From positions 310,001 through 374,000 of the forward strand of contig QPGO01000077.1 in assembly GCA_008632985.1 (NCBI GenBank): a stretch of 64,000 nucleotides of DNA. The letters run 5' to 3'. This DNA comes from Psammoneis japonica (Eukaryota). Below the pieces are notes generated by a model. That model was not told where the DNA came from. It ran no database searches and was given only the letters and a program-made list of their open reading frames with translations. Both the position numbers and the translations under genes were made by a program. Position 1 is the first letter of the stretch, and the number at the start of each line of letters is the position of its first letter. This document shows, in pieces, positions 11,170-22,941 of the stretch.

Positions 11170-13084
11170 ATGATGCGCCCGTCGCTCTTGTTGCGTTCTT
11201 CATTCGCTTGCTCGTCGAGCAACTACACCAGTACTGTTACAACGAAATGTTTTTCTACTGTCATCATCACAATTGACGGGTGATTACACTGTGGTGGATC
11301 ATACCTACGATGCGATTGTGGTCGGTGCCGGTGGTTCGGGTTTGCGTGCCGCCATGGGTTTGTCGGAAGCGGGTTTCAATACCGTCTGTGTCACCAAACT
11401 CTTTCCAACTCGGTCTCATACGGTTGCAGCACAGGGTGGCATCAATGCTGCACTGGGCAACATGTCCAAGGATGATTGGCGTTGGCACATGTACGATACC
11501 GTCAAGGGCTCCGATTGGTTGGGTGATCAAGATGCCATTCATTACATGTGTCGTGAAGCGCCACAGGCCGTGTTGGAATTGGAAGAATTTGGATTACCCT
11601 TTTCCCGTACCGAAGGCAAGATTTATCAACGTGCGTTTGGTGGACAATCGTTGGAATACGGAAAGGGTGGACAAGCCTATCGTTGTGCTTGTGCAGCCGA
11701 TCGGACGGGACATGCCATGCTTCATACGTTATATGGGAGGAGTTTAGCATTTGATACGACGTATATGATTGAATACTTTTGTATGGATCTCATCATGAAT
11801 GACGATGGAGAGTGTGTTGGTGTCATGGCTATGAATATGGAAGACGGGACGATTCATCGTATTCACGCCAAGAATACCGTGCTGGCCACGGGTGGCTATG
11901 GCCGTGCGTACTTTTCCTGCACATCGGCACACACGTGTACGGGTGATGGCAATGCCATAGCCATGCGTGCGGGATTGGCCAATCAAGATCATGAATTTGT
12001 TCAATTCCATCCCACGGGCATTTACGGTGCCGGGTGTCTCATGACGGAGGGATGTCGTGGTGAAGGTGGTATTTTACGCAATTCCGAAGGCGAACGATTC
12101 ATGGAACGGTACGCACCATCCGCCAAGGATTTGGCTTCACGGGATGTGGTGAGTCGCGCCATGACTATGGAAATTCGTGAAGGACGTGGTGTTGGACCCA
12201 AGAGTGATCATATTTATTTGCATCTTGATCATTTGCCTGCCGATTTGTTGGCGGAACGTTTACCGGGTATCAGTGAAACGGCTGCCATTTTTGCCGGTGT
12301 CGATGTGACCAAGGAACCCATTCCCGTCTTACCCACGGTCCATTACAATATGGGTGGCGTCCCGACCAATCATCACGGTGAAGTCATTACGAGCAAATTT
12401 GACAAGGACGGCAATTGGAAAGAAGATGTGGTGGTTCCCGGACTCTTTGCTGCCGGTGAAGTGGCGTCCGCATCCGTGCACGGAGCCAATCGTTTAGGTG
12501 CCAATTCACTCTTGGATATCGTCGTCTTTGGTCGTGCCTGTGCTCTTCGTATTGCCGAAACGAGCAAACCGGGTGAAGCCATTCCGGAATTAAAACCGGA
12601 CGATGGCATGGAGAGTTTGGCACAACTCGACAAGATTCGTTTTGCCGAGGGCAATCTCACCACGGCTGAGATTCGTTCCGATATGCAACACACCATGCAA
12701 GAACACGCAGCCGTCTACCGTACCTCGGAAACGTTGGCACAGGGCAAGACGAAAATGGATAACGTGGCCAAGTCCTTTGATGATATTGCCATTACCGACA
12801 AGTCACTCATTTGGAATACCGATTTAAGTGGAAACGTTGGAATTGCGTAATTTGTTGGCGTGTGCCACCACCACCATGCACGGTGCCGAAGAACGCAAGG
12901 AGAGTCGTGGTGCACATGCGCATGAAGATTATCCTGATCGGGATGATGAGAATTGGATGAAACACACCTTGGCGCATTATGACGAAACGACGCATGAAAC
13001 GTCCATTACGTACCGTCCATTCATTACCATACGCTCGATGAAGACGAGTGTGCCACGGTCCCGCCCGTGGCGCGAGTGTATTAG
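11170..13084 (+). CDS. SDH1: Mitochondrial succinate dehydrogenase flavoprotein subunit (apparent frameshifts, likely assembly errors)
   Basis: [62 protein letters not shown]-terminus ...VPPVARVY* recovered by a frame change. Ser/Arg-rich presequence from ATG 11170. Frame breaks near 11270, 12828 and 13018. Confidence 0.95.
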
Positions 13085-13542
13085 AGAGAAATGGATGGAC
13101 AGAAAATGGAGTTTCTAGTCATTTAGAGAGAAGAGAGAGGAGTGTAGTTGTACTTGTAAAAAGAAATGTAGAAAGAGAATTATTATGATTTTGGACTGTA
13201 TTGTATCTCTTACACCCGTTTCAATAATATACCTGTATGACCAACAAGTCAGAACGAAAGCGTTGTCTTGATGGGTCCATTTCTGTTCGTCAGAGCGGTG
13301 TACGCAGATCTCGATCGGGTGGACCCAGATCCAACGGGACCAGAATAAAGAGCCAGCACGGGCTTGAGTACATAGCGTATCTGAAAGAACAAACGGTTTT
13401 CTTTACAATACAGTAGTCTCTAGAGAGATTTCAAAAAGAGAGACTGCAGTGAGCATAAGGTATTTTATAACGAGAAATTCGTGTTGCTCAGGACGACGGT
13501 CTACACAGATCCGCGCAACTGCATTCAAATCGATTCGTCAAA

Positions 13543-14376
13543 TCACCATGACGACAGAGGTATATCAGGCGGGGGTGTACTCCCGCTAATACTGGTAAAG
13601 GTATTTCCCACCGTCATGGGATCAAACGACAAAATATACAGCAGCGCCACTTGACTGAGCGCTACAAGTGCCAAGACAAGCTTTGCCGTGTTGGAGAGTC
13701 CCACGCCTGCGCTCTCCAGTGTGGGTTCCTTTTTCTCTTGCGGTTCCAACTCCAATCCAAGAAAGCGTTTGGCTGCTTCCACGTCTTCTTGTGAACTTTC
13801 CAAAGCATTCGGTGCCACGAGTCGTACTCCAGGAATGACGGTTCTCCAATTCTCTTCCTCCATGACGGCCGATTCGTACTCCTTGGTGGCTGCCACAAGC
13901 ATTTCGGGAGACGGCTTGTTTTCGCCCTCACTCGATAGTTCTTTTGATTTTAATTTTCGCAAGTCTTCTAGAGCTGTTTTTCGACGAGTCACCGCTTGAC
14001 CAATCCCGTTGATTCGAAACTGCAAAAAGGAAAACAAAACGGCAATCACCAAAAACGACGACAATGCCGGAACATTCACGACGGGATCAAAGACGGGTTG
14101 CGATGTTACAGATGCTAAACAACACGAGAAAGAAAAGGGTATCAGTGAGAAATTTCTATCAAACTGGAAAGAAGTCCGACGACAGAGCTTCTTTCTCAAC
14201 ATACCATCTCCAACAAAGTTGCTGATTTCAGACACTGCTTTTCTTGCAGTGTCAGAGTTCGAAAAAGTTTGAACGAAACCAAACCCTGCATCTTTTGCCG
14301 ATGTAGAATATCTTGAGTGGGATGAAAGCCGGTTGCAAGGAGCAAAGCAGGCATGCACCGACGGACGACGCGACAT
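13543..14376 (-). CDS. Hypothetical membrane protein (probable intron ~14110-14200)
   Basis: 277-aa ORF with two hydrophobic segments and a coiled-coil middle; an intron-like GTATGT...pyrimidine tract-AG stretch is read through in frame. Confidence 0.55.
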   Translation of the reverse strand: MSRRPSVHACFAPCNRLSSHSRYSTSAKDAGFGFVQTFSNSDTARKAVSEISNFVGDGMLRKKLCRRTSFQFDRNFSLIPFSFSCCLASVTSQPVFDPVVNVPALSSFLVIAVLFSFLQFRINGIGQAVTRRKTALEDLRKLKSKELSSEGENKPSPEMLVAATKEYESAVMEEENWRTVIPGVRLVAPNALESSQEDVEAAKRFLGLELEPQEKKEPTLESAGVGLSNTAKLVLALVALSQVALLYILSFDPMTVGNTFTSISGSTPPPDIPLSSW

Positions 14377-14798
14377 GGTCGTCAGAGAACAGAGAACGCT
14401 TCGAAAAAGTGGAATGAGAAAAAGATGCCGAAGATGATGATTCGCTGACTCATCCGATCAATCTTTCATTGTTTTATCTATACCTCTGAATACGAATCAT
14501 CTCATTAATCCTAAATGACTGTAGAAAACGTTGGAATCCAAGACAAGTAAATAGTCCAGATACGAAGGAAACATTGATTTCAAATGTGACCAAAAATTTC
14601 GAAACATACCGCGGCATACGTACGAGCTCGCTAATCACGAGAGAAACTGCAACGGTCACTTTTTCACGGAGGCGACAGGCACAGAAGCACGCACAAAGCA
14701 AGAAGGCGCAAAGTCGAAACATACCGCTGCGTGGTTGTTGTTGTCATTACTGTTTGAATTCGATAGGAGAAAGTCAATAAACCCACAGCACAACCATC

Positions 14799-16477
14799 AT
14801 GAGAGGACTCCTATTGGCGTTGATTGCCATCCGATCGGCGGACGCCACTGAGGCTGGAAAACAGTCAATAAACGCCCTCGCCAAATCAGACTTTGTAATG
14901 GCCATGGAGAAAGCTGCTTCTCAAGACCCGGACCTGTTTGCTGAACTTCTTGCAACCTCTGAAAAGCAAAAGCAATTGCTAAACCGAAAACTCCTCAACA
15001 AATCTGTTCGTGCATCTGAAATCGGTGGCGAATTCAATCGGGCACTTGAGGACGCGTCCGGCTTGTCTCTGTTCAATGCCTCGGCGTACTCTGTCAAATA
15101 CACGGGATGTTCGAGACTGGCTGGTTACTCGGATGACCTTGCTCAATATGGCAATGACGAAGTCCTGCAGTGGAAGAACTTTGCTTCCTTTCGTCTCTGT
15201 CCGACCGACTCGTGCGATGATTCCTCGTCCCAGGGATGCAAGTACAATTATGGAGAATACCTTGTTCCCATGACTGACTACCTTGAAGCCGTCAGTGCTT
15301 ATCAGCAGGAGGATATGTCAACGTATTGCACGTACTGTCAGCAATGCATGTACTTTGAAAACTACTTTTACGGTAATCGGCGACTCGACGATAACGGCCA
15401 GGACCATGCTTGCAAATTCTATGACACGTGCGTTGACTACAAGGACGAGTGTACCGCCGGCGACGACGATGCTGCGGGTTACAAGTATCAATCTGGCTAC
15501 GAGCTATTCTTTGAGTGTCAGAAATATGTCAGTGCCGAGGACGGCAACGCCTACTACGTGGGGCCTTCGTGCGGTCGTGATCGTTCTTCCATTAGCATTG
15601 GAGTATTCTCGGATGAGTTTTGCACACAGTCTGTCAACGTTGACATTTACACTCTGACTGGTGTCGAAATTGACAGCAACGAGGTTGCAGATCTTTCTAG
15701 CGGACAATGCATGTCTTGTAGTACAGTCGTAAGTATTTCTTGAACTTGTCCTGATGGGTGAAAGATTTCCGGTTGTGCTTACCGTACCTATATTCTTTCC
15801 TTTTCTCCTATATCATTTATAGGAGAGCAAGTACAGAGTCAATGATGAGGATGACAATGGTATTTTCGACATGTGCGAGGCCCTATATGACGCATCCGCA
15901 AAGTGTGACTACAGGATTTTCGAAGACATTTCTGTGGCATCAGCATACCAATCGACAAACGAGGTGTGTCTGATGTACATCATCGGATTCTGTTCTATGA
16001 TAGATGTTGCTCACTGTACGATCTCACTTTTCTTTATTTCTTTATTGACAGGTTAAAGACCCACACCTTGACCCTGAAGCCAAAACGTGTTCTTACATTG
16101 AAAAGGCTGCCAAAGGAAAGCATGACAAGTGGGGCGTCATTCACATTGACGGCGAGAACCCTTGGATTTACGTCCAAGACAGCGGATTTGTTGGAAAGGC
16201 TAACCGCGTCGCCTACAATCTGAACACGGCCTCCACCGGTCAAATCTGGGCCTTATCCTTGCTTATTTTGGGATGCGTTGGTTTGACCATTATGGCGATT
16301 GCCATGCACCTCCAGAACGACAATGGGCCGTCCCTTTTGATGGGCAATCGTGCCAATCCTGTCGAGACAACCCGCACTTCGTCTGGTAGGTTGACTCGTG
16401 AAGAAATTGAAGCCGCCAGAGGGGGTGGAGACAACATCTTGGTAACCCGAAGTAGCGGAAGCGAAACCTGGGCTTAG
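14799..16477 (+). CDS. Silicanin-like (Sin1 family) single-pass membrane protein, three exons
   Basis: Signal peptide; RXL/RRL motifs; YSVKYTGC...FRLCPTDSC...CKYNYGEYLVPM; Cys-rich acidic lumenal part; C-terminal TM helix and short tail. Introns ~15733-15822 and ~15964-16051. Confidence 0.7.
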
Positions 16478-16818
16478 CAGGTTGGATTGAAAGCGTCAAA
16501 GGTCAATAATTGTGTATGGCGATGAGGTGCTTGTGTTTGTGCCAAAGTAACAAGATTTTTTAAAATTAATAGGAACAACAGTAGTTATCTACTTGAAGGC
16601 CTTTCAAAACTGGTAAACTCATCCTCCAAACACAGAGCTTTAGGTTGAATATCTTTTAGCAACCAAATAGCTTATCACGTCGTGCGATCTCTATTGTAAG
16701 GTATCTCTTTTCCAGCGGTTTGATTACTTCAAACTATACCTGGTACTGTACTTGCATCTGTGGTACGGTAAGTGCTTACCTGTTTTTCTCCCTTCAAACT
16801 CTTCAGCAGCCATGTACT

Positions 16819-18009
16819 CTACGGAAAATGCTTCGAAAATCCACAAACATTAACCAACACATCTTTGGAATGCACTGACATGTTTGGTCCCATCGATACT
16901 TCATAGTACGCATGCTTGACACCATAGATACACTGATGATATGTCTTTGCACCGGGAGCTCCTTTGCAGAGCCTGTTGGCTTCACACAGGTTCTCGTCTG
17001 TCAAGACAAAGCCGCCGCGTGCACGAAACTGGGTACGCGACGAAAAGTCCTGTCGCTTCCGACCCAGTTGACGCATTGCCAATTCATAAAAGACGGCATG
17101 GCCAAAGCCATGGCGACATTCTCGAACGACATCGAGTCCGGGAATAACACCAAAGGTTTTGTTCTGAGGCCCTTCATAAATGAGGTCAGGACTACAAATT
17201 TCTACCGCCAGATCAAATGGAAAAGCATCAAAGAAGGTTGGTACCATTACGGGAACATACTGCCAGATGAATCCATGCTGTGAATGAAAGGGTACCATAT
17301 CGGGAGGCTCCTCTTCTTTGGTCATTCGTTGCAATTCCTCAATGACGGCCCGGGGTGTTGACAGCCGCTCTCCAGTCGTTGGGTCAAGAAGCAAGGACCC
17401 ATCTCGTATGAATTTGTCGGCTGAAATTGCTCCAACCCAGTGGTGCAGGGCTGGGAGACATCCCGTACACACGTCTGTTTCATTGGGCCACCGGTCACTG
17501 GGAATTCCGCTGTACAGACTTTCGGGGCGGTGTCCGGCCTCATTTGTATTTGAAATTTGGAAATTGCGTACTCCCAGGACCTTGGCGGCATGTAACGTTT
17601 CCCGTGAAAAGCTATAGGTTTCAAAGAGTTCCAAAAAGACGCGACGAAATCCTACTGTATCCAAAGCCTTGTCCACAACGTCGGCCAGCGGTCCTATATC
17701 GACGAAATATGATTCGGCCGCAGCCTGCAAAGTATCGTTCTGCATGATTTTTATGGAGGCGATTGCTGCGTCAAGGCGAATCTGATTCATGACATTAACG
17801 TACAGATTGTTATTATGATGTTCCGTTTGATGGCTCTGATGTTGCAAGAGAAAAGAGCCAAAAAAACCCAAAGTGACGAGAAGAAAATTTGATAGAAAGT
17901 GGCGAGTGGTGCGCCATGGAATTTTTGGTCGTTTCATCGTTTCCTCTGCATTCACCGCCGAGCCAGAGTCAGCACCACCTGTGACCTGTTCTTCTCCGTC
18001 CTCTGACAT
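16819..18009 (-). CDS. Hypothetical type II membrane protein with Cys/His motifs (CLPALHHWVG, HSQHGF, CRHGFGHA)
   Basis: Long open frame with an N-terminal TM segment. Start uncertain (in-frame ATG at 18009; further ATGs upstream, e.g. 18090). Confidence 0.6.
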   Translation of the reverse strand: MSEDGEEQVTGGADSGSAVNAEETMKRPKIPWRTTRHFLSNFLLVTLGFFGSFLLQHQSHQTEHHNNNLYVNVMNQIRLDAAIASIKIMQNDTLQAAAESYFVDIGPLADVVDKALDTVGFRRVFLELFETYSFSRETLHAAKVLGVRNFQISNTNEAGHRPESLYSGIPSDRWPNETDVCTGCLPALHHWVGAISADKFIRDGSLLLDPTTGERLSTPRAVIEELQRMTKEEEPPDMVPFHSQHGFIWQYVPVMVPTFFDAFPFDLAVEICSPDLIYEGPQNKTFGVIPGLDVVRECRHGFGHAVFYELAMRQLGRKRQDFSSRTQFRARGGFVLTDENLCEANRLCKGAPGAKTYHQCIYGVKHAYYEVSMGPNMSVHSKDVLVNVCGFSKHFP

Positions 18010-18118
18010 TGTCAAGGGGACACATTCTTTCTTTGGTAAGTTCATTGTCAAAGTGCAAGGATTGTTCACAGGTGACACATCATGGCACATGCCGCGGCGC
18101 GCCACAGTCCACAGTTAA

Positions 18119-18608
18119 GGTGGTACGGGTACAAAAGTGGGCCAGATTCTACGCACGTAGAGCTTAGTATGTTTTCTACACAAATCGCCAAAGTCGGCTC
18201 GCCAACTTGAACCCTCTCCAGGACGATGGAAACTTGGACATTTCACATAACAAAGCGTTTGGACTACTTAATTACACTCCCCTCGACTTGTTTATGAAGA
18301 GAAGTTACAAGTTTCCATGGGTTTCTCGTTTTGTATAGCTCTTTTAAACTCGAACGTCGCGATTTTGGCACCTTTCTGATTTGATTCGTTATATATCCTC
18401 AGAAACCTATGAAAACTTGTAACTTCTCTCCCTAAACAAATCGAGGAGAGTGTAATTAAGTAGTCGAAACACTTTGTTATGTGAAATGTCCAAGTTTCCA
18501 TCGTCCTGGAGAGGGTTCAAGTTGGCGAGCCGACTTTGGCGATTTGTGTAGAAAACATACTAAGCTCTACGTACGTAGAATCTGGCCCACTTTTGTACCC
18601 GTACCACC
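18119..18608. mobile_element. MITE/foldback element with ~208-bp inverted arms and TTAA target duplication
   Basis: TTAA|GGTGGTACGGGTACAAAAGTGG ... CCACTTTTGTACCCGTACCACC|TTAA. Arms near-perfect; ~75-bp spacer. Confidence 0.9.
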
Positions 18609-19029
18609 TTAACATATAACAACGCGCCAATTTTTAGTCGAAGGGTTCCTCAGATTGATTCCCGTTTGAGAGATGTGATGGCGCTTTTCGTTCCATGACG
18701 ACTGAGAGAAGAGACTCTCCTCCCTTCTCTCGGTGTTGCAGTTTTGAGTTCTGCCTTTTACAATTTCTACTCACACACAACTGCTCTTACAATGATTGGT
18801 TGCAAAGTCTACACCGGTAATTTACAGCAGTAGTATGTTAAAGGGCGCACAAACAAAAAGATCAACCGTGATAGGCAAAGAAGAGGCTTCACTGACATCC
18901 ACTTGTTTTAGTCGAAGGGTTCCTCGCACAGATTCGTGACTGAATTTCTTTTTTGCCTCACAAATTGAGCACAGATCAATCAATCATTCATTCAAATTTT
19001 TTTCACACAAGAAGAAAGAAAATAACACA

Positions 19030-19269
19030 ATGGGTTGCGAACAGTCTACACCAGTTTACACCGGCCACGATCCGTACAAAAGAAACAAGAACTACAATCG
19101 TGACACGCAGAAGAAGAAGAAGAAATACTACTCAAATGCCACATACGGTGGTGATGGAGGTGTCTGGGGTGGTGGAGGAGGAGGTTTCTGGGGTGGAGGC
19201 GGTGATGGCGGAGACTGCGGAGGTGGTGGCGGAGACTGCGGAGGTGGTGGAGATTGTGGAGGTTGCTAG
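19030..19269 (+). CDS. Small Gly-rich protein with MGC N-terminus
   Basis: 79-aa ORF after an A-rich leader: MGCEQS, basic KKKKK stretch, GGGGDC repeats. Confidence 0.55.
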   Translation: MGCEQSTPVYTGHDPYKRNKNYNRDTQKKKKKYYSNATYGGDGGVWGGGGGGFWGGGGDGGDCGGGGGDCGGGGDCGGC

Positions 19270-19580
19270 CAAGCTTTGTCTCCCTCTATCAGATGCTATA
19301 AAATAGGAAAGTCCGTTTCTCACACTCACAGAGCTGAAGCAACCTAACGTTGTCTGGCCATTTTGTTTTTTATTGCGTGCATATCGTTACTAAAGTATAA
19401 TAATATATACCCAGTGACAACCTTATGTTGGTGGTATCCTCCTGTAATATATTAATCTTGACATTTAGTGTATAATCCCTTGACATTCTCCTCGACGCCT
19501 GCCGTGTACATTACGCATTGGTTACAATATGCGCCGCTCTCCAGAACGCCCTTTCGATTCTTCACTTTGCTCATACCACA

Positions 19581-20969
19581 TTACATATGATAATCGTACT
19601 CTGGAATGGACACGTAGTGTGGTGTATGATCCACAAAGGGCGTTTGAGAGTAGGTGGTTGGAATATCGAGATGCAAATTCTTGTGCGCAATCACGGCCTT
19701 GAGAGGACCACACTTGTTGGACGGCACTGAAAAGACGGGCGTGGCGGCATTGGCAGGGTGATAAAAGCACTGACCGGGATTGATTTGCTTTTTCACATCG
19801 TCGTTCCCCTCGTCATGAATGGTTCCTGTTCCTTCAATGATGCAAACGATACAATCCACAGCCGCCGACGATGGCGTCATGTGAATGGAATCTCCAGGAT
19901 CGCACGTGATCCAAAGGCATTCGAATTCGGGTACGGGCGGTGTGTACCGTAAGATGCGAGGGTCTTCGGGAACGGGCGCACCCGCATCAATCCACGGTCC
20001 GCCCTGGGTGTAGGTGAGCATGTTTACCAAATTGTCGACATCCTTGAATTTGGGCGTCAGACCTGCTCTCACGACATTATCCGAACAAGCCATGCATTCA
20101 ATAATTTCACCCGCTACATAGGCGTGCGGCTCATTGGCTGCCATGAAGAAAGATTCACCCGGTGCTGTCAAAATGTAGTTCAAGAAAAAGGGAGCCATGG
20201 CAGTGTAATCGTTGGGAAACTGCTGTGCCAGACGCAAGACAGCACGGCAACACTTTCGTTCCCACGCGGGAACTTCGTGCGGGTGCTTGTGTTCGGTTGT
20301 TTGTTCGTGTTGTAGTCGTTTCAAAAGCTTTTCGAGATTTTCGTTTGCCACGTCTTCTGGACAACTCATAAAGGATCGAAACATGCCTTGCAACGCAACC
20401 TTCTTTTTTTCGCTCGTGCTTGCCACAAACATGCCCAATTTCGCTTCGGCATCAACACAGGCCGCAAATTCCTCATGCTTTTTCAGCAACACGGCAATTT
20501 CTTCGAGCCGCCGAAAGCCACACATGGCTTCGAATGGCGTCAAGGCAATGGCCATTTCGGGCTTATGATTGGGATCCTTGTAATTTTGGGGATTCTCGCC
20601 GTGTAGCTTTTGTGCGAGCGTCTTGTCGGGGTGGGCTTGAATGCTCAACGCCTTGCCTGCGGATAGAATTTTAAACAAGAACGGCAGCGGCTCGCCCACG
20701 GCCTCTTCCAAGGTGCGGCCGTCCTTTAATACAGAGGGTCCAGAGGGGTGCGTTCCGACCCATAATTCGGCATAGGGTTTGTCGGGATCGACATAATCGA
20801 CGCAACCGTTTTGCTTGGCAAAGCGCCCAACGCGAGAGTCGAGACCGCGAATGCCCCAAGCGTACTCCTTGACGGAGGGTTTGATGGGAATGACAGAATT
20901 TAATTCGACACCGTTATCGTCGTTCTTATTTGTTGTTGTATGCGAAGTACCGTTGGTTCCGTTCATCAT
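19581..20969 (-). CDS. MPI: Mannose-6-phosphate isomerase, type I
   Basis: YAWG, PYAELWVGTHPSG, LPFLFKILS..KALSIQAHPDK, YKDPNHKPEMAIALT, ECMACSDNVVRAGLTPK. Confidence 0.96.
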   Translation of the reverse strand: MMNGTNGTSHTTTNKNDDNGVELNSVIPIKPSVKEYAWGIRGLDSRVGRFAKQNGCVDYVDPDKPYAELWVGTHPSGPSVLKDGRTLEEAVGEPLPFLFKILSAGKALSIQAHPDKTLAQKLHGENPQNYKDPNHKPEMAIALTPFEAMCGFRRLEEIAVLLKKHEEFAACVDAEAKLGMFVASTSEKKKVALQGMFRSFMSCPEDVANENLEKLLKRLQHEQTTEHKHPHEVPAWERKCCRAVLRLAQQFPNDYTAMAPFFLNYILTAPGESFFMAANEPHAYVAGEIIECMACSDNVVRAGLTPKFKDVDNLVNMLTYTQGGPWIDAGAPVPEDPRILRYTPPVPEFECLWITCDPGDSIHMTPSSAAVDCIVCIIEGTGTIHDEGNDDVKKQINPGQCFYHPANAATPVFSVPSNKCGPLKAVIAHKNLHLDIPTTYSQTPFVDHTPHYVSIPEYDYHM

Positions 20970-21149
20970 GGTGATACCGTATGATAAAGTGACCGGCAGC
21001 GTCAGGAACGGCGTCGTCTTCGTGAAGCAATGACGACATCGCTCGACATCAGGAAAGTGATTTGCGAAGAAGAATCATCATCGATCCGTTATTTATGTAT
21101 TCGCGTCATTATACCGAAAATTAAAATTTCGTAAATATTATTGAACTTT

Positions 21150-22800
21150 GGAACTTATGCAGAAACGAATAAGGCATGCACAAAGCCGTTTCTCAATGTT
21201 CCCATGAGAATGATGTGGCCACACCGACAAGAATTGAAGAGACGATTGGATCTAAGTTTGTTTACAAGGTGCATTGTTTGTTGCCATCTTTGTCAGTTCA
21301 GTTATGTCCTCCTCGAGCAGCTGGGACATCCCCCTGCATGCAAGAGAGTGGGTTGTCTGCATCTGCGCCAAGACAGCCACAGCAGCAGCAGCAGCACAGA
21401 GAGGAGTGAGTGCTGGGTTGTTTGCCAAGGAACCCCCTTTGGCGCCTCTCTGCTCTGTGCCATCCTTTCATTGAATGCAACTGGCACAGTCCCTCAGTTG
21501 CTGGGCAGTCGTTGCTGGGCAGTCAACAGCATTGCAAAGGAGGTTGCATGAGATTGGCTTTGTTCGTGGGCGGCGCTCAGCTGGCGAGGCTTTCTTGAGC
21601 CTTTGTTTTCCACAAAAAGGATGGTGTGGTCATCTCGCAAGTGGCTGCAACAACCCCATCACATGGATTTTTCCCTCTGCATGCATTGACAAAACAGAGC
21701 AAAGAGACTGACTGGGAAATTGTTGAGGGCTCAGAGGGCCTGTGCGGGGGTGGGGGTGGGGGGCCTTTTTTCAGCTGGGGGCCTGCCCATCAAGAGCAGA
21801 TTTGACCTTGCTGGGCTGATCAAGTTGTCAAAAAAGGCCTTCACCTGAGTGAGTTTGACTGGATGGATGCCAAAGCCAGCAGCAGCTCTCTGGTTGACAG
21901 CTGGTTTGAGCTGCCCCTTCTTGCCATTGCTGCTTTGTCTCTCTTTTTGCTGCGCCACACCACCACAGAGCTGCAAAAAAAAAAACGCTGCCGCCACTGC
22001 TGCAAATGGCAGCACCCACTTCTTGCTGAATTACCTCAATTGCTTTGTCATCAGAAGCTTGGCAATGTGGGGAGGAGCAGAGGGCAGGGGAGATGGGCAC
22101 CTGGCACAGCAGCTGAAGAGCGGCTCTGAGCTCCAAATGAAAGAAGGAGGGTGTGTGGTGCTGCAGAAGCACAGCTCCTGCTGAGCACTGTGACAGCTGT
22201 TGCTGACCTTCCACAAACTGAAATCCAGAGGAGAGCAGCAATGTGTCAACAAGAGCTGCTGCAAGAGAAAAGCTTGCAGCCAGAGAAACTCACGGGGTTG
22301 GCAGCTTTTCATCCCTCCTGTCTCAGTTGCTTGTCACAGCTGGTGCTGTGCCTTGCTCTGGTGTGCACTCTTTTGACAGAGTTGTGGAACAAGATGGGGT
22401 TGCCCACTGCACCACGAACTCCAATGAGCACAGCGCATGTGTCCTCTTGCTCCTGGCGCTGCTTCTTGTGCAAAGAAATGATTTCACGCACACGCTCTTC
22501 ACAGTGGAAGAGTCATGTGTGGGATGGAGTGTGGCATCTTGAAATGTCAACCATCATCACCAGAATGTCACAACTCAATGGCCGGTTTGTGAAGTGTGCT
22601 TTCCAACTGTTTTCGAGTGTCGCTTCAAAGACTGTGCTGGTGACTCTTGAGCTGGAGCACACACGATGCACATTGGCAACTCATCATCATCAACAACATC
22701 CACAAGGAGTGGCTCCTTCCTTTGGAATTGTGGTGAGTTCAAGGGACAGACCTCGCACAAGTCACCGAGCGAGCATGCAGCTTAGAGCTTACCCCACAAC
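21150..22800. mobile_element. Second island of degenerate CA/TG-rich repeat DNA, family unidentified
   Basis: Same CpG/TpA-poor composition as 3-11 kb; no recognisable ORF; lies between divergent MPI and SYS1. Confidence 0.6.
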
Positions 22801-22941
22801 TTTGGACTCCTCTGTTCAAAAGGAATTCGACGACTCGTGAATGGGCCGGAGGAACTACGAGCTCTAGCTAGTCGTAATTTTACTGCCAGCAGGCTGTCCG
22901 CAGTCCGCATAGTCAAAAAAAGACACAAAACAACAACAACC

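Noticed and set aside
11170..13084. SDH1 (and the exonuclease, PLD and HutG-HutI genes) as pseudogenes or programmed frameshifts
   Set aside because: The breaks are small indels, often in homopolymers, in otherwise conserved genes with normal composition; uncorrected long-read error is the simpler explanation.
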